Counted from the first letter of the stretch, positions 23,207 through 32,749 are shown. The stretch: DNA of 64,000 nucleotides from Desulfuromonadaceae bacterium (GCA_028681335.1 JAQUIT010000007.1:950-64949); one strand, 5' to 3'. The notes: generated by a model not told the origin, from the letters alone. Numbers and translations: made by a program.

Positions 23207-23837
23207 CGCTGCAAAAACCATTCTGCCGGTGGTACGGGAGAGTCTGGAACATGGCTTGTCGGTCGTACTGGTGGATGACGGTTCAACAGACAGTACGTCG
23301 ACTTTGGTGGCCGGACTGCCGGTGACGCTGCTGCGGCACCAGCAAAACCGTGGTAAGGGGGCTGCGCTGAAAACCGGGTTTGCCTGGGCGGTCAAGTCCG
23401 GATTTGATGCCGTCGTCACCATCGATGCCGATGGCCAACATGATGTTGCAGCCATCCCGAGGTTGATCTCATCGGCACAAAACGGTGCGTGGGGGATACT
23501 GATTGCGTCGCGTCACACCCAGTTTGAACAGATGGCCGGACTCCGTAAATTCTGGAATCGAATCGGTGTCTGGTGCATCTGGAAACGCACCGGTTTTGAG
23601 ATCACCGACAGTCAGTCCGGCTTCAGGTACTATTCGGGTGACGTCGTGGAAAAATTATCACTGGAGTCAAACGGATACGCACTTGAGATGGAAATCCTGC
23701 TTAAGGCCTGGAAGAACGGTTTTACGATTGGTTCCCTCCCGATTGCCGCACGGGTTGCCGATGGGCGCGCAACCAGCCACTACCGGCCCATAAGCGATAC
23801 CTTTACTATCAGCATGACATTCTTACGTAATATGTGA
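23175..23837 (+). CDS. Family 2 glycosyltransferase (short, soluble, DPM1/ArnC-like catalytic domain)
   Basis: 220 aa. ILIPAYNAAKTI, VLVDDGSTDST and TIDADGQHD (DXD). GTG start overlapping the upstream gene by 32 nt. Confidence 0.8.
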   Translation: MAACILIPAYNAAKTILPVVRESLEHGLSVVLVDDGSTDSTSTLVAGLPVTLLRHQQNRGKGAALKTGFAWAVKSGFDAVVTIDADGQHDVAAIPRLISSAQNGAWGILIASRHTQFEQMAGLRKFWNRIGVWCIWKRTGFEITDSQSGFRYYSGDVVEKLSLESNGYALEMEILLKAWKNGFTIGSLPIAARVADGRATSHYRPISDTFTISMTFLRNM

Positions 23838-23852
23838 CGAGGAACTTTTCAT

Positions 23853-25229
23853 ATGATCAACACCCTGAAAAACTATACAAAAGAGAAGGTCCTTTCCTAC
23901 CTCCTGGAACTGGCGATAAATTCATCGGATGAGACCCTGATCCGCATGACCCATCTGATGGAGATGATTCCCAAGAAAGACTACTACAAGGAACGCATCC
24001 GCTGGATTCGCGGCCTGGTGCGGGATAAGCATCCGAGTATCGAATTTCCGCGCCGGATTTTGCGTGATCTGCACCCCAATCAGCGCGACAAATGGATCAG
24101 CAATCTGTTGGTCAATCACCTGCTGAACGGCACCAACAAACGCAAGGAGTGGAGCGACACCCACGGCTATTATCCTCCTTCAACGGTGGTCATCAGCCCT
24201 ACCATGCGCTGCAACCTGAACTGCTATGGCTGTTACGCCGGCGACTACAACAAGTCGCTGGAGCTTTCTCTGGATGAGGTTGATTCCATCCTGCTCCAGA
24301 TGAAGGAGATGGGTGTCTACTTTGCGGTAATATCCGGCGGTGAGCCGTTTTATATGGAAGGTATCTTCGAGATATTCAAAAAGCATAGCGACATGGCCTT
24401 CCTGGTCTTTACCCACGGGGGCCTGATCGATGAGAAGATGGTTGAGAAGCTGACCGAGGTCGGCAACGTCATGCCGTCATTTTCGCTTGAAGGGTATGAA
24501 CAGGAAACCGACGAACGCCGCGGCGCGGGACATTTCAAAAAAGTCATGCACGCCATGGACCTGCTGCGGGAGGGGGGGCTCTCCTTCTGCGGTTCATTTA
24601 CCCATTCGCGCAAAAACTCCGATATTATCACCAATGGCGACTATATCGACATGCTCCTGAAGAAGGGTGTTTTTGCCATGTGGCTCTTTTCCTATGTACC
24701 GGTTGGCCGTAAGCCCGAGCCGGAGCTGATGCCGACCCCCGAACAGCGCGATGGCCTGCGCCGTACCGTTATCGACTACCGTGCCACCAAGCCGATGCTG
24801 TTCATCGATTTCTGGAACGACGGGCCGATGATCTCCGGCTGTCTGGCCGGCGGGCGCAAGTATTTCCATATCAACGCCAACGGCGATATCGAGCCGTGTG
24901 TCTTCTGTCATTTTGCCGTTGATAATATTCGCCGGACAACCATTCATGAGGCACTGGCATCGCCGTTTTTCACCAAAATCCGCCAAAAACAGGGTGAACA
25001 TGACAACCTGCTCCGTCCCTGTATGCTGATCGATCAACCTGCAGCCGGACGCGAGTTGTTCGCCTCGGAGGGTGCCTATCCGACCCATGACGGGGCGGAT
25101 GAAATTTTCACCGGGCTGGCGGACAGCATGGATGAATACTCCCGTGCCTATGGTGAGATTGCCGATCCGGTCTGGGAAAACGAGTTCAAAACTCTTCAGC
25201 CGAAGACGAAAAAAAGGGGCGGCAACTGA
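23853..25229 (+). CDS. Radical SAM enzyme with SPASM/twitch-like C-terminal Cys cluster and a roughly 110-aa N-terminal extension
   Basis: 458 aa. Radical SAM cluster ISPTMRCNLNCYGCYAG and an auxiliary-cluster-like ISGCLAGGRKYFHINANGDIEPCVFCHF. No precursor-peptide ORF is visible nearby. Confidence 0.8.
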   Translation: MINTLKNYTKEKVLSYLLELAINSSDETLIRMTHLMEMIPKKDYYKERIRWIRGLVRDKHPSIEFPRRILRDLHPNQRDKWISNLLVNHLLNGTNKRKEWSDTHGYYPPSTVVISPTMRCNLNCYGCYAGDYNKSLELSLDEVDSILLQMKEMGVYFAVISGGEPFYMEGIFEIFKKHSDMAFLVFTHGGLIDEKMVEKLTEVGNVMPSFSLEGYEQETDERRGAGHFKKVMHAMDLLREGGLSFCGSFTHSRKNSDIITNGDYIDMLLKKGVFAMWLFSYVPVGRKPEPELMPTPEQRDGLRRTVIDYRATKPMLFIDFWNDGPMISGCLAGGRKYFHINANGDIEPCVFCHFAVDNIRRTTIHEALASPFFTKIRQKQGEHDNLLRPCMLIDQPAAGRELFASEGAYPTHDGADEIFTGLADSMDEYSRAYGEIADPVWENEFKTLQPKTKKRGGN

Positions 25230-26584
25230 TGGATGTACTGCTGGTAAACCCCCCATCATCCAGCGTATTTAACACATTCGGCCTGAGTCTCCCATCCATC
25301 GGCCTGCTCTATGTCGCCGCCACCCTTGAACAGGCTGGCCACAGCGTGGTCGTACGGGATCTGGCCGCAGATGACGGACATCTGGATGACGCCGATATCC
25401 GCCAGGCTGACGTGGTCGGGATTTCGGCTGATACGACAAGGTCGGCCAAGGCGCTCGCCATTGCCCGCAGGGTCTCTGTGCTCGGCCGGCCGGTGGTGAT
25501 GGGCGGTCCGCATCCCCAATTCATGGCGGCTGATATTTTTGCTTCAGGATTTGTTGACTATATTGTCAGGGGAGAGGGGGAATTCATTTTTCCCAACCTG
25601 CTGGCCGCTCTTCAAAACCGGGATAGTGTCGCCTCGGTAAAAGGGTTGATCATCAAGGATGGGGGCCACCTGATTGAAACCGCTGCCGCCGATCCGATTG
25701 ACGTTGAAACCCTCCCTTTTCCCGCCCGGCACCTGGTGGATCTGCATCAGTACCGGGCCAGTATGGACGGCCGTCCCATCACTCCCATTGTTACCAGCCG
25801 CGGTTGCCCCGGTGCCTGTCATTTCTGCTCATCTTCAAGTTTTTTCGGCAGGGGATGGCGCTTCCGGAGTGCCGAATCGGTGCTGGCGGAGCTGGATGAG
25901 ATTTATACCCGCTATGGTTTTCGGGCCGTCTGCTTCATGGATGACAACTTCACCCTTGCGCCGCCGCGGGTCGAACAGATTGCCGCCGGCATCATCGAGC
26001 GCGGCTATGACCTGAAATGGTGGAATTTTTCACGGGTCGATACCATCGTGAAGAATCCGGCCATGGTCACCCGAATGGCGGCGGCCGGTTCCAAAACGGT
26101 CTATCTCGGCATCGAAAGCGGCAACGAGGATACGCTGAACTCCCTCGGGAAGAACACCAACGCACGTGATGTTACCAGGGCCGTGGAAATCCTGCGGCAA
26201 AACGGGATCGAATCCTATGGCAGCTACATCATCGGCAACCTGAACGAGACCGCCGCAGATGTTGAAAGTACGATTGATCTGGCGGTAAGGCTTAATACCA
26301 ACATTGCCCAGTTTACCATCCTGACCCCCTATCCCGGCACTCAGCTCTATGAGGAGATCAAGGACCGCATCTTCTGCCGGCGCTGGAAGTTTTACGATGG
26401 CTTGCACCTTGTTTTCCGCCATCCACTGATAAACCGTCATTACATGCAGTTTCTGCTGGTAAAGGCTTTTATGAAATTTTATCGACGTTCGCACGAGGCC
26501 ACCCGGGGTTTCAAGCAGGCTGCCGGCCGGGGCAAGCTAACCTCCCGAAAGCTGGCGCTCTGTGCGTGGGATCTCTTTTTTTAA
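25229..26584 (+). CDS. Second class B (cobalamin-binding domain) radical SAM enzyme
   Basis: 451 aa. B12-domain-like N-terminus (VLLVNPP..., VVGISADTTRSAKALAIARRVSVLGRPVVMGGPHP) and a radical SAM TSRGCPGACHFC. The start overlaps the upstream stop (TGATG). Confidence 0.85.
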   Translation: MDVLLVNPPSSSVFNTFGLSLPSIGLLYVAATLEQAGHSVVVRDLAADDGHLDDADIRQADVVGISADTTRSAKALAIARRVSVLGRPVVMGGPHPQFMAADIFASGFVDYIVRGEGEFIFPNLLAALQNRDSVASVKGLIIKDGGHLIETAAADPIDVETLPFPARHLVDLHQYRASMDGRPITPIVTSRGCPGACHFCSSSSFFGRGWRFRSAESVLAELDEIYTRYGFRAVCFMDDNFTLAPPRVEQIAAGIIERGYDLKWWNFSRVDTIVKNPAMVTRMAAAGSKTVYLGIESGNEDTLNSLGKNTNARDVTRAVEILRQNGIESYGSYIIGNLNETAADVESTIDLAVRLNTNIAQFTILTPYPGTQLYEEIKDRIFCRRWKFYDGLHLVFRHPLINRHYMQFLLVKAFMKFYRRSHEATRGFKQAAGRGKLTSRKLALCAWDLFF

Positions 26585-26640
26585 CCATGAAAGCGGGATG
26601 TTATCCTTACAACGATCATGCCGATACCGAGTGATATAAA

Positions 26641-27558
26641 GTGACCTTTTACAGCAATTTCAATCTGTTCCTTATCAAACTGTTCACCATTCTGGTGCCG
26701 CGGTGGCTGTTTCCGCCGTTCACTTTTTTCTGGGGGGGGCTGTTTTACCTGCTGCTGACGGAGACCCGGAGGGGTGTGCGTTCCAATCTGCAGGTGGTCA
26801 CCGGCAGGAATAATGTGGAACGGCTGGTGTTTTCAACCTTCCGCACGTTCAGCCATAACTGGTGTGATGAGATGCTGTTTATGCGGCTCAAGGGGGAAAA
26901 ACTCCAGGCGCTGATCGGGCGGCGCTGCAGCAGCGACTCACTCGATCGGGCGCTGGCAGCCGGCAACGGCGCGATCCTTGTCTCGCCCCATCTCGGCAGC
27001 TGGGAACTGGGCGGCTTGGCGCTGGCGGATTTAGGCTATACGGTCAACGTGTTGACGTTCCGCGAGCCGGATGAAAAGGTGAACGAGCTGCGTGAAGCGG
27101 TCAGACGGGAGCGTGGTGTCCGTTTCATCTATGTTGACCGGGACGATTCCTCGCCGTTTGCCATAATCGAGGCGGTTCACGCACTGAGGCGTAACGAGGT
27201 GCTGGCGATACTCGGTGACCGGGATGGCTCCTCCCACACCATTCTGATCGATTTTTTCGGTCGGCCGACCAACATCCCGGTGGGGGCAGCCTATCTGTCG
27301 CTGGCCAGCAGTGCGCCGGTAATCCCGGTTTTCGTGCTGCTGGAGGATAAAGGGCGCTATGCGACCGTCATGGAAGAGCCGATCTTTTTCACCAGCGGTC
27401 ACGGGGAGCATGAGAGTGCCATCCGCTCCGGCATGGAGAAGCTGCTGGCGGTGTTTGAGAGATATATACGGGCGTACCCTGATCAGTGGTACAATTTGTA
27501 TGATTTTTTCGGAAGAGGCATTGAACCGGACAAATCAAAAGGGCAGATAAACAGGTAA
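26641..27558 (+). CDS. LpxL/HtrB-family lysophospholipid / lipid A acyltransferase
   Basis: 305 aa. N-terminal TM, catalytic HX4E box VSPHLGSWELGG and a C-terminal YPDQWYNL motif typical of the Lip_A_acyltrans family. Confidence 0.8.
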   Translation: MTFYSNFNLFLIKLFTILVPRWLFPPFTFFWGGLFYLLLTETRRGVRSNLQVVTGRNNVERLVFSTFRTFSHNWCDEMLFMRLKGEKLQALIGRRCSSDSLDRALAAGNGAILVSPHLGSWELGGLALADLGYTVNVLTFREPDEKVNELREAVRRERGVRFIYVDRDDSSPFAIIEAVHALRRNEVLAILGDRDGSSHTILIDFFGRPTNIPVGAAYLSLASSAPVIPVFVLLEDKGRYATVMEEPIFFTSGHGEHESAIRSGMEKLLAVFERYIRAYPDQWYNLYDFFGRGIEPDKSKGQINR

Positions 27559-27607
27559 CGGCCGTTTGACGATAGTTAATAATGCGGACCAGAGAGAGGA
27601 ATAGTTC

Positions 27608-27865
27608 ATGAGCGATGAGTTGATTGAAAAGGTTAAACAGATGATTATTGACAGCCTGCGTATCGAGGGGATGGCGACCGATGAAATCGATGCTGACGCC
27701 CCGCTGTTCGGCGAAGGGCTGGGGCTTGACTCCATTGATGCGCTGCAGCTCGTTGTGGCCATGGAGAAGGAATTCGGCGTAGTCGTCCCTGACGCCGCCA
27801 CCGGTTCAACAGTTTTTGCCTCGGTGCGGAGCATGGCCGGGTATATCGGGGAACACCGGAAATGA
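27608..27865 (+). CDS. Acyl carrier protein (cluster-dedicated)
   Basis: 85 aa. Phosphopantetheine site GLGLDSIDALQLVVAMEKEFG. Confidence 0.9.
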   Translation: MSDELIEKVKQMIIDSLRIEGMATDEIDADAPLFGEGLGLDSIDALQLVVAMEKEFGVVVPDAATGSTVFASVRSMAGYIGEHRK

Positions 27866-27905
27866 AGGGACTCCTGATCTCCTCCGGGCGCAAGGGGAGA
27901 GGTGC

Positions 27906-28733
27906 ATGATCTGCTGGATGTACCCCGGACAGCCGGTAGCTTTTACCGATACCTACAATAACGATCCCGAATTTCAGAAGATCGCTCTGCTCTGCCAGGG
28001 TGCGACCGGCTTCAATCCGCTGGAAAGCGACACGTCAGCCCCAAGCCTCACCCGGAGTGTGCGTCTCCAGCTGCACGGGGTCTCTGTCAGCCTGTATCGT
28101 TCCGGGCTGCTGATGAGCCAGGGAGCAGGGCCGGATCTGATTGCCGGGCACAGCATGGGGATCTATGCCGCACTGGCGGCCTCCGGATCGATAGACAGCG
28201 GGACGGCCCTTGCATTGACATGCCGTCTCGGTGTCGCCATGGCAGGAATGGGGGAGTATGCGCTCGGATGTGTCATCGGCCTGACCTCCGGACCGCTGGT
28301 GGCAATAGCGGCCAACAACGGCGTATATATTGCCAATCACAACACCTCGCGCCATTTCCTGCTGGCAGGCGGACGGAAAGAGGTGGCTGCGGCACTGGCT
28401 GAAGCCACGGTTTCCGGCGCCTTTTCGGTGAACCTTTTCCCCTGTGACGCCCCGCTGCACACGCCGCTGATAGAAGCGATCGCCGGAGATCTGCGGCGGA
28501 TTGTGGCGGAGTACCGCTTTTCCGAACCACGGATACCGCTCGTAGAACACATCGGGCAGACGACCCTGGCAGCCGCCACCATTCCGGCGTTTCTGGTGGA
28601 TGAGCTCTGCCGCCCGGTGTATTGGGAAACAACCTACCGCACGCTTCGTTCCCGAGGGGTGACGCGTTTTCAAGAGGTGGGAGCCGGCTCTGTGCTTACC
28701 AAATTCAACCGCTGGATCGATAGCGATACATGA
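27906..28733 (+). CDS. FabD-like acyltransferase (malonyl-CoA:ACP transacylase family)
   Basis: Nucleophile elbow AGHSMGIYAALAASG. The ORF opens at 27816 but ATG 27906 has GGAGAGG upstream. About 275 aa, shorter than housekeeping FabD. Confidence 0.7.
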   Translation: MICWMYPGQPVAFTDTYNNDPEFQKIALLCQGATGFNPLESDTSAPSLTRSVRLQLHGVSVSLYRSGLLMSQGAGPDLIAGHSMGIYAALAASGSIDSGTALALTCRLGVAMAGMGEYALGCVIGLTSGPLVAIAANNGVYIANHNTSRHFLLAGGRKEVAAALAEATVSGAFSVNLFPCDAPLHTPLIEAIAGDLRRIVAEYRFSEPRIPLVEHIGQTTLAAATIPAFLVDELCRPVYWETTYRTLRSRGVTRFQEVGAGSVLTKFNRWIDSDT

Positions 28734-29152
28734 AAAATCACGAAATCTCCATAACAGTCCGTTTCAACGAAATCGATGCCTACCGGGTGGCGTGGCACGG
28801 CCATTATGTTGCCTGGATGGAGGTCGGCCGCAATGCTCTGGCGGGCCAGTTCGGTCTCGATGCCCTCCAGCTGATTGCCGACGGTTTTTTGGGGCCGGTC
28901 GTCGCTCTTGAGTTGAAGTATCTGCGTCCGGCCCGATTTAACGAGGTACTGACGGTCCAGACCACCATGCGGCGCACCGCCACCGCCACACTGGAATTTA
29001 TCACCACTATTATCGGCCCGGACGGTACAAAATGTGCCACGGGCGTGACTACCCACGCAGTGACCGATTTGAATGGCGTGCTCCAGTTCCGGATGCCGCA
29101 GGTGATCGCCGAGCGGGTAATCCGCCTGCTGGAGTGGCTTGAGGTGCCGTGA
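28730..29152 (+). CDS. 4HBT hotdog thioesterase
   Basis: 140 aa. ITVRFNEIDAYRVAWHGHYVAWMEVGRNAL (YbgC-like Asp). 4-nt overlap with the upstream gene. Confidence 0.8.
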   Translation: MKNHEISITVRFNEIDAYRVAWHGHYVAWMEVGRNALAGQFGLDALQLIADGFLGPVVALELKYLRPARFNEVLTVQTTMRRTATATLEFITTIIGPDGTKCATGVTTHAVTDLNGVLQFRMPQVIAERVIRLLEWLEVP

Positions 29153-29390
29153 CGCTGCCGGCCATCTTCTGGCCGTGCTCGACCTCTGTTTTGAATCAGA
29201 TACCCTGCAGGCGGTTTCCTCCACTCTTGCGGAAGAGTAACCCGGTGCCGCTCTCCTCTCCCTGTGCAACATGATCCAGGGCAGACATCATCGGTCGCTC
29301 TGTTGACCGCTCCAGCAAGTGCCACTTGCTGGACATTTTACGGTGTGACCAGTATAGTGGGAGAACTGTTTATAAGGGCTTGGGGTGGGT

Positions 29391-30131
29391 ATGGAGTTTA
29401 AGGATTCAATCATTATTGTTACCGGCGGGACGAGGGGCATCGGCAGGGCCGTCTCCCTGGCTTTTGCCCGTGAAGGCGCCACCGTATTCGCCGCCTATCT
29501 GAGTAATGACGGAGCGGCCCGGACGGCGACCGAAGAGGCCGTCGGCCTGCCGGGGACAGTTACGCCGTTCAAGTGTGACGTGTCGACCTCAGAAGGGGCA
29601 TCCAGTCTGATTAACGCCGCTGCGGCGGCATCCGGGCACATTGATGTACTGGTGAACAACGCCGGGATCATCAGGGACTGCTACCTGGCCATGATGTCGG
29701 AGGAGGATTGGGACGCGGTCATCCGCTCAAATATCAATCCGCTTTTTCACTGCTGCAAGTGGGGCCTGCGCAAGATGATGGGGCGCCGCAGCGGCAGTAT
29801 TGTCAACATCTCTTCAATCTCCGGGGTGATCGGCACCCAGGGACAGACCAACTATGCCGCCTCCAAAGGGGCTGCGATCAGCTTCACAAAATCGTTGGCT
29901 CGCGAGGCCGGACCGATGGGGATACGTGTCAACGCGGTTGTCGCGGGGATGATTGCGACGGAGATGACCGCTGGTCTGAAACAGGATGTGGTGGAACAGG
30001 TTGTCCGCAGGTCGTCCCTCGGGAGGATCGGTACCCCTGAGGAGGTTGCAGCCGCAGTCCTGTTTCTCGCGTCGGAGCGGGCTTCGTATATTACCGGCCA
30101 ATCAATCATTGTTGACGGTGGTATCGTGTGA
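29391..30131 (+). CDS. 3-oxoacyl-ACP reductase (FabG-like SDR)
   Basis: TGGTRGIGRA cofactor motif, NNAG and the catalytic YAASKGA. ATG 29391 is 2 codons into the listed ORF. Confidence 0.88.
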   Translation: MEFKDSIIIVTGGTRGIGRAVSLAFAREGATVFAAYLSNDGAARTATEEAVGLPGTVTPFKCDVSTSEGASSLINAAAAASGHIDVLVNNAGIIRDCYLAMMSEEDWDAVIRSNINPLFHCCKWGLRKMMGRRSGSIVNISSISGVIGTQGQTNYAASKGAAISFTKSLAREAGPMGIRVNAVVAGMIATEMTAGLKQDVVEQVVRRSSLGRIGTPEEVAAAVLFLASERASYITGQSIIVDGGIV

Positions 30132-31333
30132 ACAGAAAACGTGTCGTCATCACCGGTTTGGGGGTCTTCTGCAGCGTCGGGAAGAACGTCGTGGAATTTA
30201 CCGATGCGCTCTGCACAGGCAGATGCGGCATTGGGCCGGTGGACCTGTTTGACGTTTCTCCCTTTCCGGCCAAAATAGGTGCGCAGATCAAGGGGTATGA
30301 CCCGCTCGATTACTTCGATTCACGTTCATCCCGCAAACTGTCCCGTTCCGATCAGTTCGGTGTCATTGCCGCCGGCCAGGCGCTCCGGGACAGTGGCGCT
30401 GTTGACTGTTACTCCCCCTATGACAGGGGGGTCTCCATGGGTGCGGGCGCTGCCGGCATGTTCCAGGGAGAGACCTGGCTCAAAGCCCTGCTCGAGGGGA
30501 GGGAGGAGCGTCCATCGCTGCTGCGCGGCATCCTGCCGGATCAGACCTCGACGGATATCGCCCGTACCTACAATCTCTGCGGCTACCAGGGGACGGTGAC
30601 GACCGCCTGTTCCTCCTCCGCAACCGCCATCGGGTGGGCGGCAGATCTGGTGGCGTGCGGTCGTCAGAAGCTTATGGTGGCAGGCGGAGCGGATACGCTC
30701 TCGATGCTTACGTTTGCAGGGTTCAATTCACTGCGGGTGGTCGACTCCCAGCCCTGTGCCCCTTTCAGCCTCGGCCGTCAGGGCATTTCCCTCGGTGAGG
30801 GGGCTGCTTTTGTTGTGCTGGAGCGTGAGGAGGATGCCCTCGCCCGCGGCGCCCGGGTGTACGGTGCCGTGCTCGGCTATGCCCTGGCGGGCGAAGCGTA
30901 CCACATGACGGCGCCCGAACCGGGTGGTACGGCGGCGGCGGGTGTCATGCTCCAGGCCCTTGAGCGGTCGGCTGTTGATGCGTCGCAGGTCGGCTGGGTT
31001 AACGCCCATGGTACCGGTACGCCGCTCAACGACGTGGTTGAGTCGAATGCGATGAAACTGGTCTTTGGTGAGCGCGCTCCCCATGTGCCCCTCATTTCCA
31101 CCAAAGGGATGACCGGACACTGCCTGGGTGCTGCAGGAGCTATCGAGGCCGTCGCAACCGTGATCGCACTCAATAGGAAAATTATCCCCCGGACGCTCAA
31201 TTTCCGTGGCCGTGACCCTGAATGTGACCTGGAGTATTGTCATGGCGGCAGCGTGCCGACCGATAGTACCATCGCCATGTCCAACTCCTTTGCCTTCGGC
31301 GGGAATATTACCTCTCTGGTGCTGTCACTATGA
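30128..31333 (+). CDS. Beta-ketoacyl-ACP synthase (KAS II-like, catalytically complete)
   Basis: 401 aa. Cys in TTACSSSATAIG, His in NAHGTGTPLND and His in STKGMTGHCLGAAG. Confidence 0.9.
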   Translation: MNRKRVVITGLGVFCSVGKNVVEFTDALCTGRCGIGPVDLFDVSPFPAKIGAQIKGYDPLDYFDSRSSRKLSRSDQFGVIAAGQALRDSGAVDCYSPYDRGVSMGAGAAGMFQGETWLKALLEGREERPSLLRGILPDQTSTDIARTYNLCGYQGTVTTACSSSATAIGWAADLVACGRQKLMVAGGADTLSMLTFAGFNSLRVVDSQPCAPFSLGRQGISLGEGAAFVVLEREEDALARGARVYGAVLGYALAGEAYHMTAPEPGGTAAAGVMLQALERSAVDASQVGWVNAHGTGTPLNDVVESNAMKLVFGERAPHVPLISTKGMTGHCLGAAGAIEAVATVIALNRKIIPRTLNFRGRDPECDLEYCHGGSVPTDSTIAMSNSFAFGGNITSLVLSL

Positions 31334-32373
31334 ATACTCCGATCTCAGGAATTGTCGTTACCGGTTACTCCGCTGTATCCGCTGCCGGAATTGGGATAGC
31401 CGCCATTCAGGAGCTTCTGTGCAGTGGACGTGATGCGCTTGCGCCCATTCCCGGCGATCTGATTGGCAGGGATGGCTTGCGCTGGGGGAAAGTGAACGGG
31501 TTCAAGGCGTCCGATTTTATGCCGCCCATGAAGGCCCGCAAGATGGATCGTTGCAGCCAGTTTGCGGTTGCGGTCGCCGGTCTGGCCTTGAAAGAGGCCG
31601 GTATCGACCTGAAAGAGCTCCCTCCGGAACGGGTCGGAATTGCGCTCGGCAGCGGTTTTTGCGGTGTCTCCAATTCCGCCGAATTTCTGACCGGGTACTT
31701 CACCGGTGGCGTTGAGGGGTTGATCCCGATGATTTTTCCCAACACCGTCCCCAATTCCCCTGCCAGTAATGCCTCCATCGAGCACGGCTTCAAGGGGCCC
31801 AACGTTACTCTGATCCAGCGCTTCTGCTCGGCAGAATCCGCGTTCATGATGGCATGCCGTTTTATCGAAGAGGGACGTGCCGATATCATGCTGACCGGAG
31901 GAGCGGATGAGCTCATACCGCTCATCGTCAAGGGTTTGGATACCATGGGGCAGATGAAGCCCGCTTCCGCACCATTCGGAGAAGGGTGCGGCATGGTCGT
32001 CCTGGAGAGTGCGGCCCATGCCGCACGGCGCGGTGCATCGGTAAAAGCATCGGTAGAAGCCATCACAACCATCGGTATGCTTGCTTCCGGACATGAAGGT
32101 GAAGCTCTCGACCTGCTTGCCGGTTCACCTGATTCCGGGTGCCACGTCTCGCTCTCCGGGACGGCAGCTGATATGCCGGGACTACTGGAGCGGGTTTCCC
32201 CCGGCTCCGCGATCGATATCGGGCGTACGGTCGGCCGTTCTCTGGCCATGGGCGGCACCGCCATGGCGGCACTGCTTGCCTCGCTCCAGCATGGCCAGGC
32301 AGGCCTGCACCTGGCTGCCTCACCCGAAGGTCCGTACTATGCCATCCGCTTCAGAGGAGGAGCCCCTGTTTAA
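31330..32373 (+). CDS. KS-like partner subunit (chain-length-factor-like; lacks the His-His dyad)
   Basis: 347 aa with thiolase-fold similarity to the upstream KS (LTGGADE). A Cys is retained in QRFCSAESAF, but no HGTGT or GH motifs are present and the C-terminal half is short and divergent. 4-nt overlap with the KS gene. Confidence 0.7.
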   Translation: MNTPISGIVVTGYSAVSAAGIGIAAIQELLCSGRDALAPIPGDLIGRDGLRWGKVNGFKASDFMPPMKARKMDRCSQFAVAVAGLALKEAGIDLKELPPERVGIALGSGFCGVSNSAEFLTGYFTGGVEGLIPMIFPNTVPNSPASNASIEHGFKGPNVTLIQRFCSAESAFMMACRFIEEGRADIMLTGGADELIPLIVKGLDTMGQMKPASAPFGEGCGMVVLESAAHAARRGASVKASVEAITTIGMLASGHEGEALDLLAGSPDSGCHVSLSGTAADMPGLLERVSPGSAIDIGRTVGRSLAMGGTAMAALLASLQHGQAGLHLAASPEGPYYAIRFRGGAPV

Positions 32374-32749
32374 TCCCGACCCTGCACATTATCTGCCGCA
32401 CCGCTACCCCTTTCTGTTCCTTGACCGGATTCTTGAGCTGGAACAGGGGGTACGGGGAGTTGCCCGGAAAGGTGTGGGAGCTACCCGCGGTTTCCCTCAG
32501 ATCCTCATGATCGAATGCGTTGCCCAGTTGGCCGGTATTGTTGTTGCGCAGGAAGAGGGGGAGGGAGGCTTTATGGCTTCGATTGATCACGCCGAATTTT
32601 CCGCCCCGCCGGATGCGGGGGAGATACTGACCGTTTCAGCAAGGGTGATAAAATCATTCGGGCGGTTGTTCATGATAGAAGGGACTGTTTCCAGCGGCGC
32701 GGATCAGCTCCTCTCCGTGCAACTGACCCTGGGAGTGGGAAAACTGTGA
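32339..32749 (+). CDS. FabZ/FabA-like 3-hydroxyacyl-ACP dehydratase
   Basis: Hallmark LPHRYPFLFLDRI plus a hotdog core (IECVAQLAG). The listed ORF (32081) starts inside the upstream gene. ATG 32339 gives 136 aa. Confidence 0.85.
   Translation: MPSASEEEPLFNPDPAHYLPHRYPFLFLDRILELEQGVRGVARKGVGATRGFPQILMIECVAQLAGIVVAQEEGEGGFMASIDHAEFSAPPDAGEILTVSARVIKSFGRLFMIEGTVSSGADQLLSVQLTLGVGKL

Noticed and set aside
28035-29325. Cluster of 170-210-aa minus-strand ORFs opposite the AT/thioesterase genes
   Set aside because: They are Arg/Gly/Pro-rich translations typical of antisense frames in 60% GC DNA. They overlap well-supported plus-strand genes carrying GHSMG and hotdog motifs.
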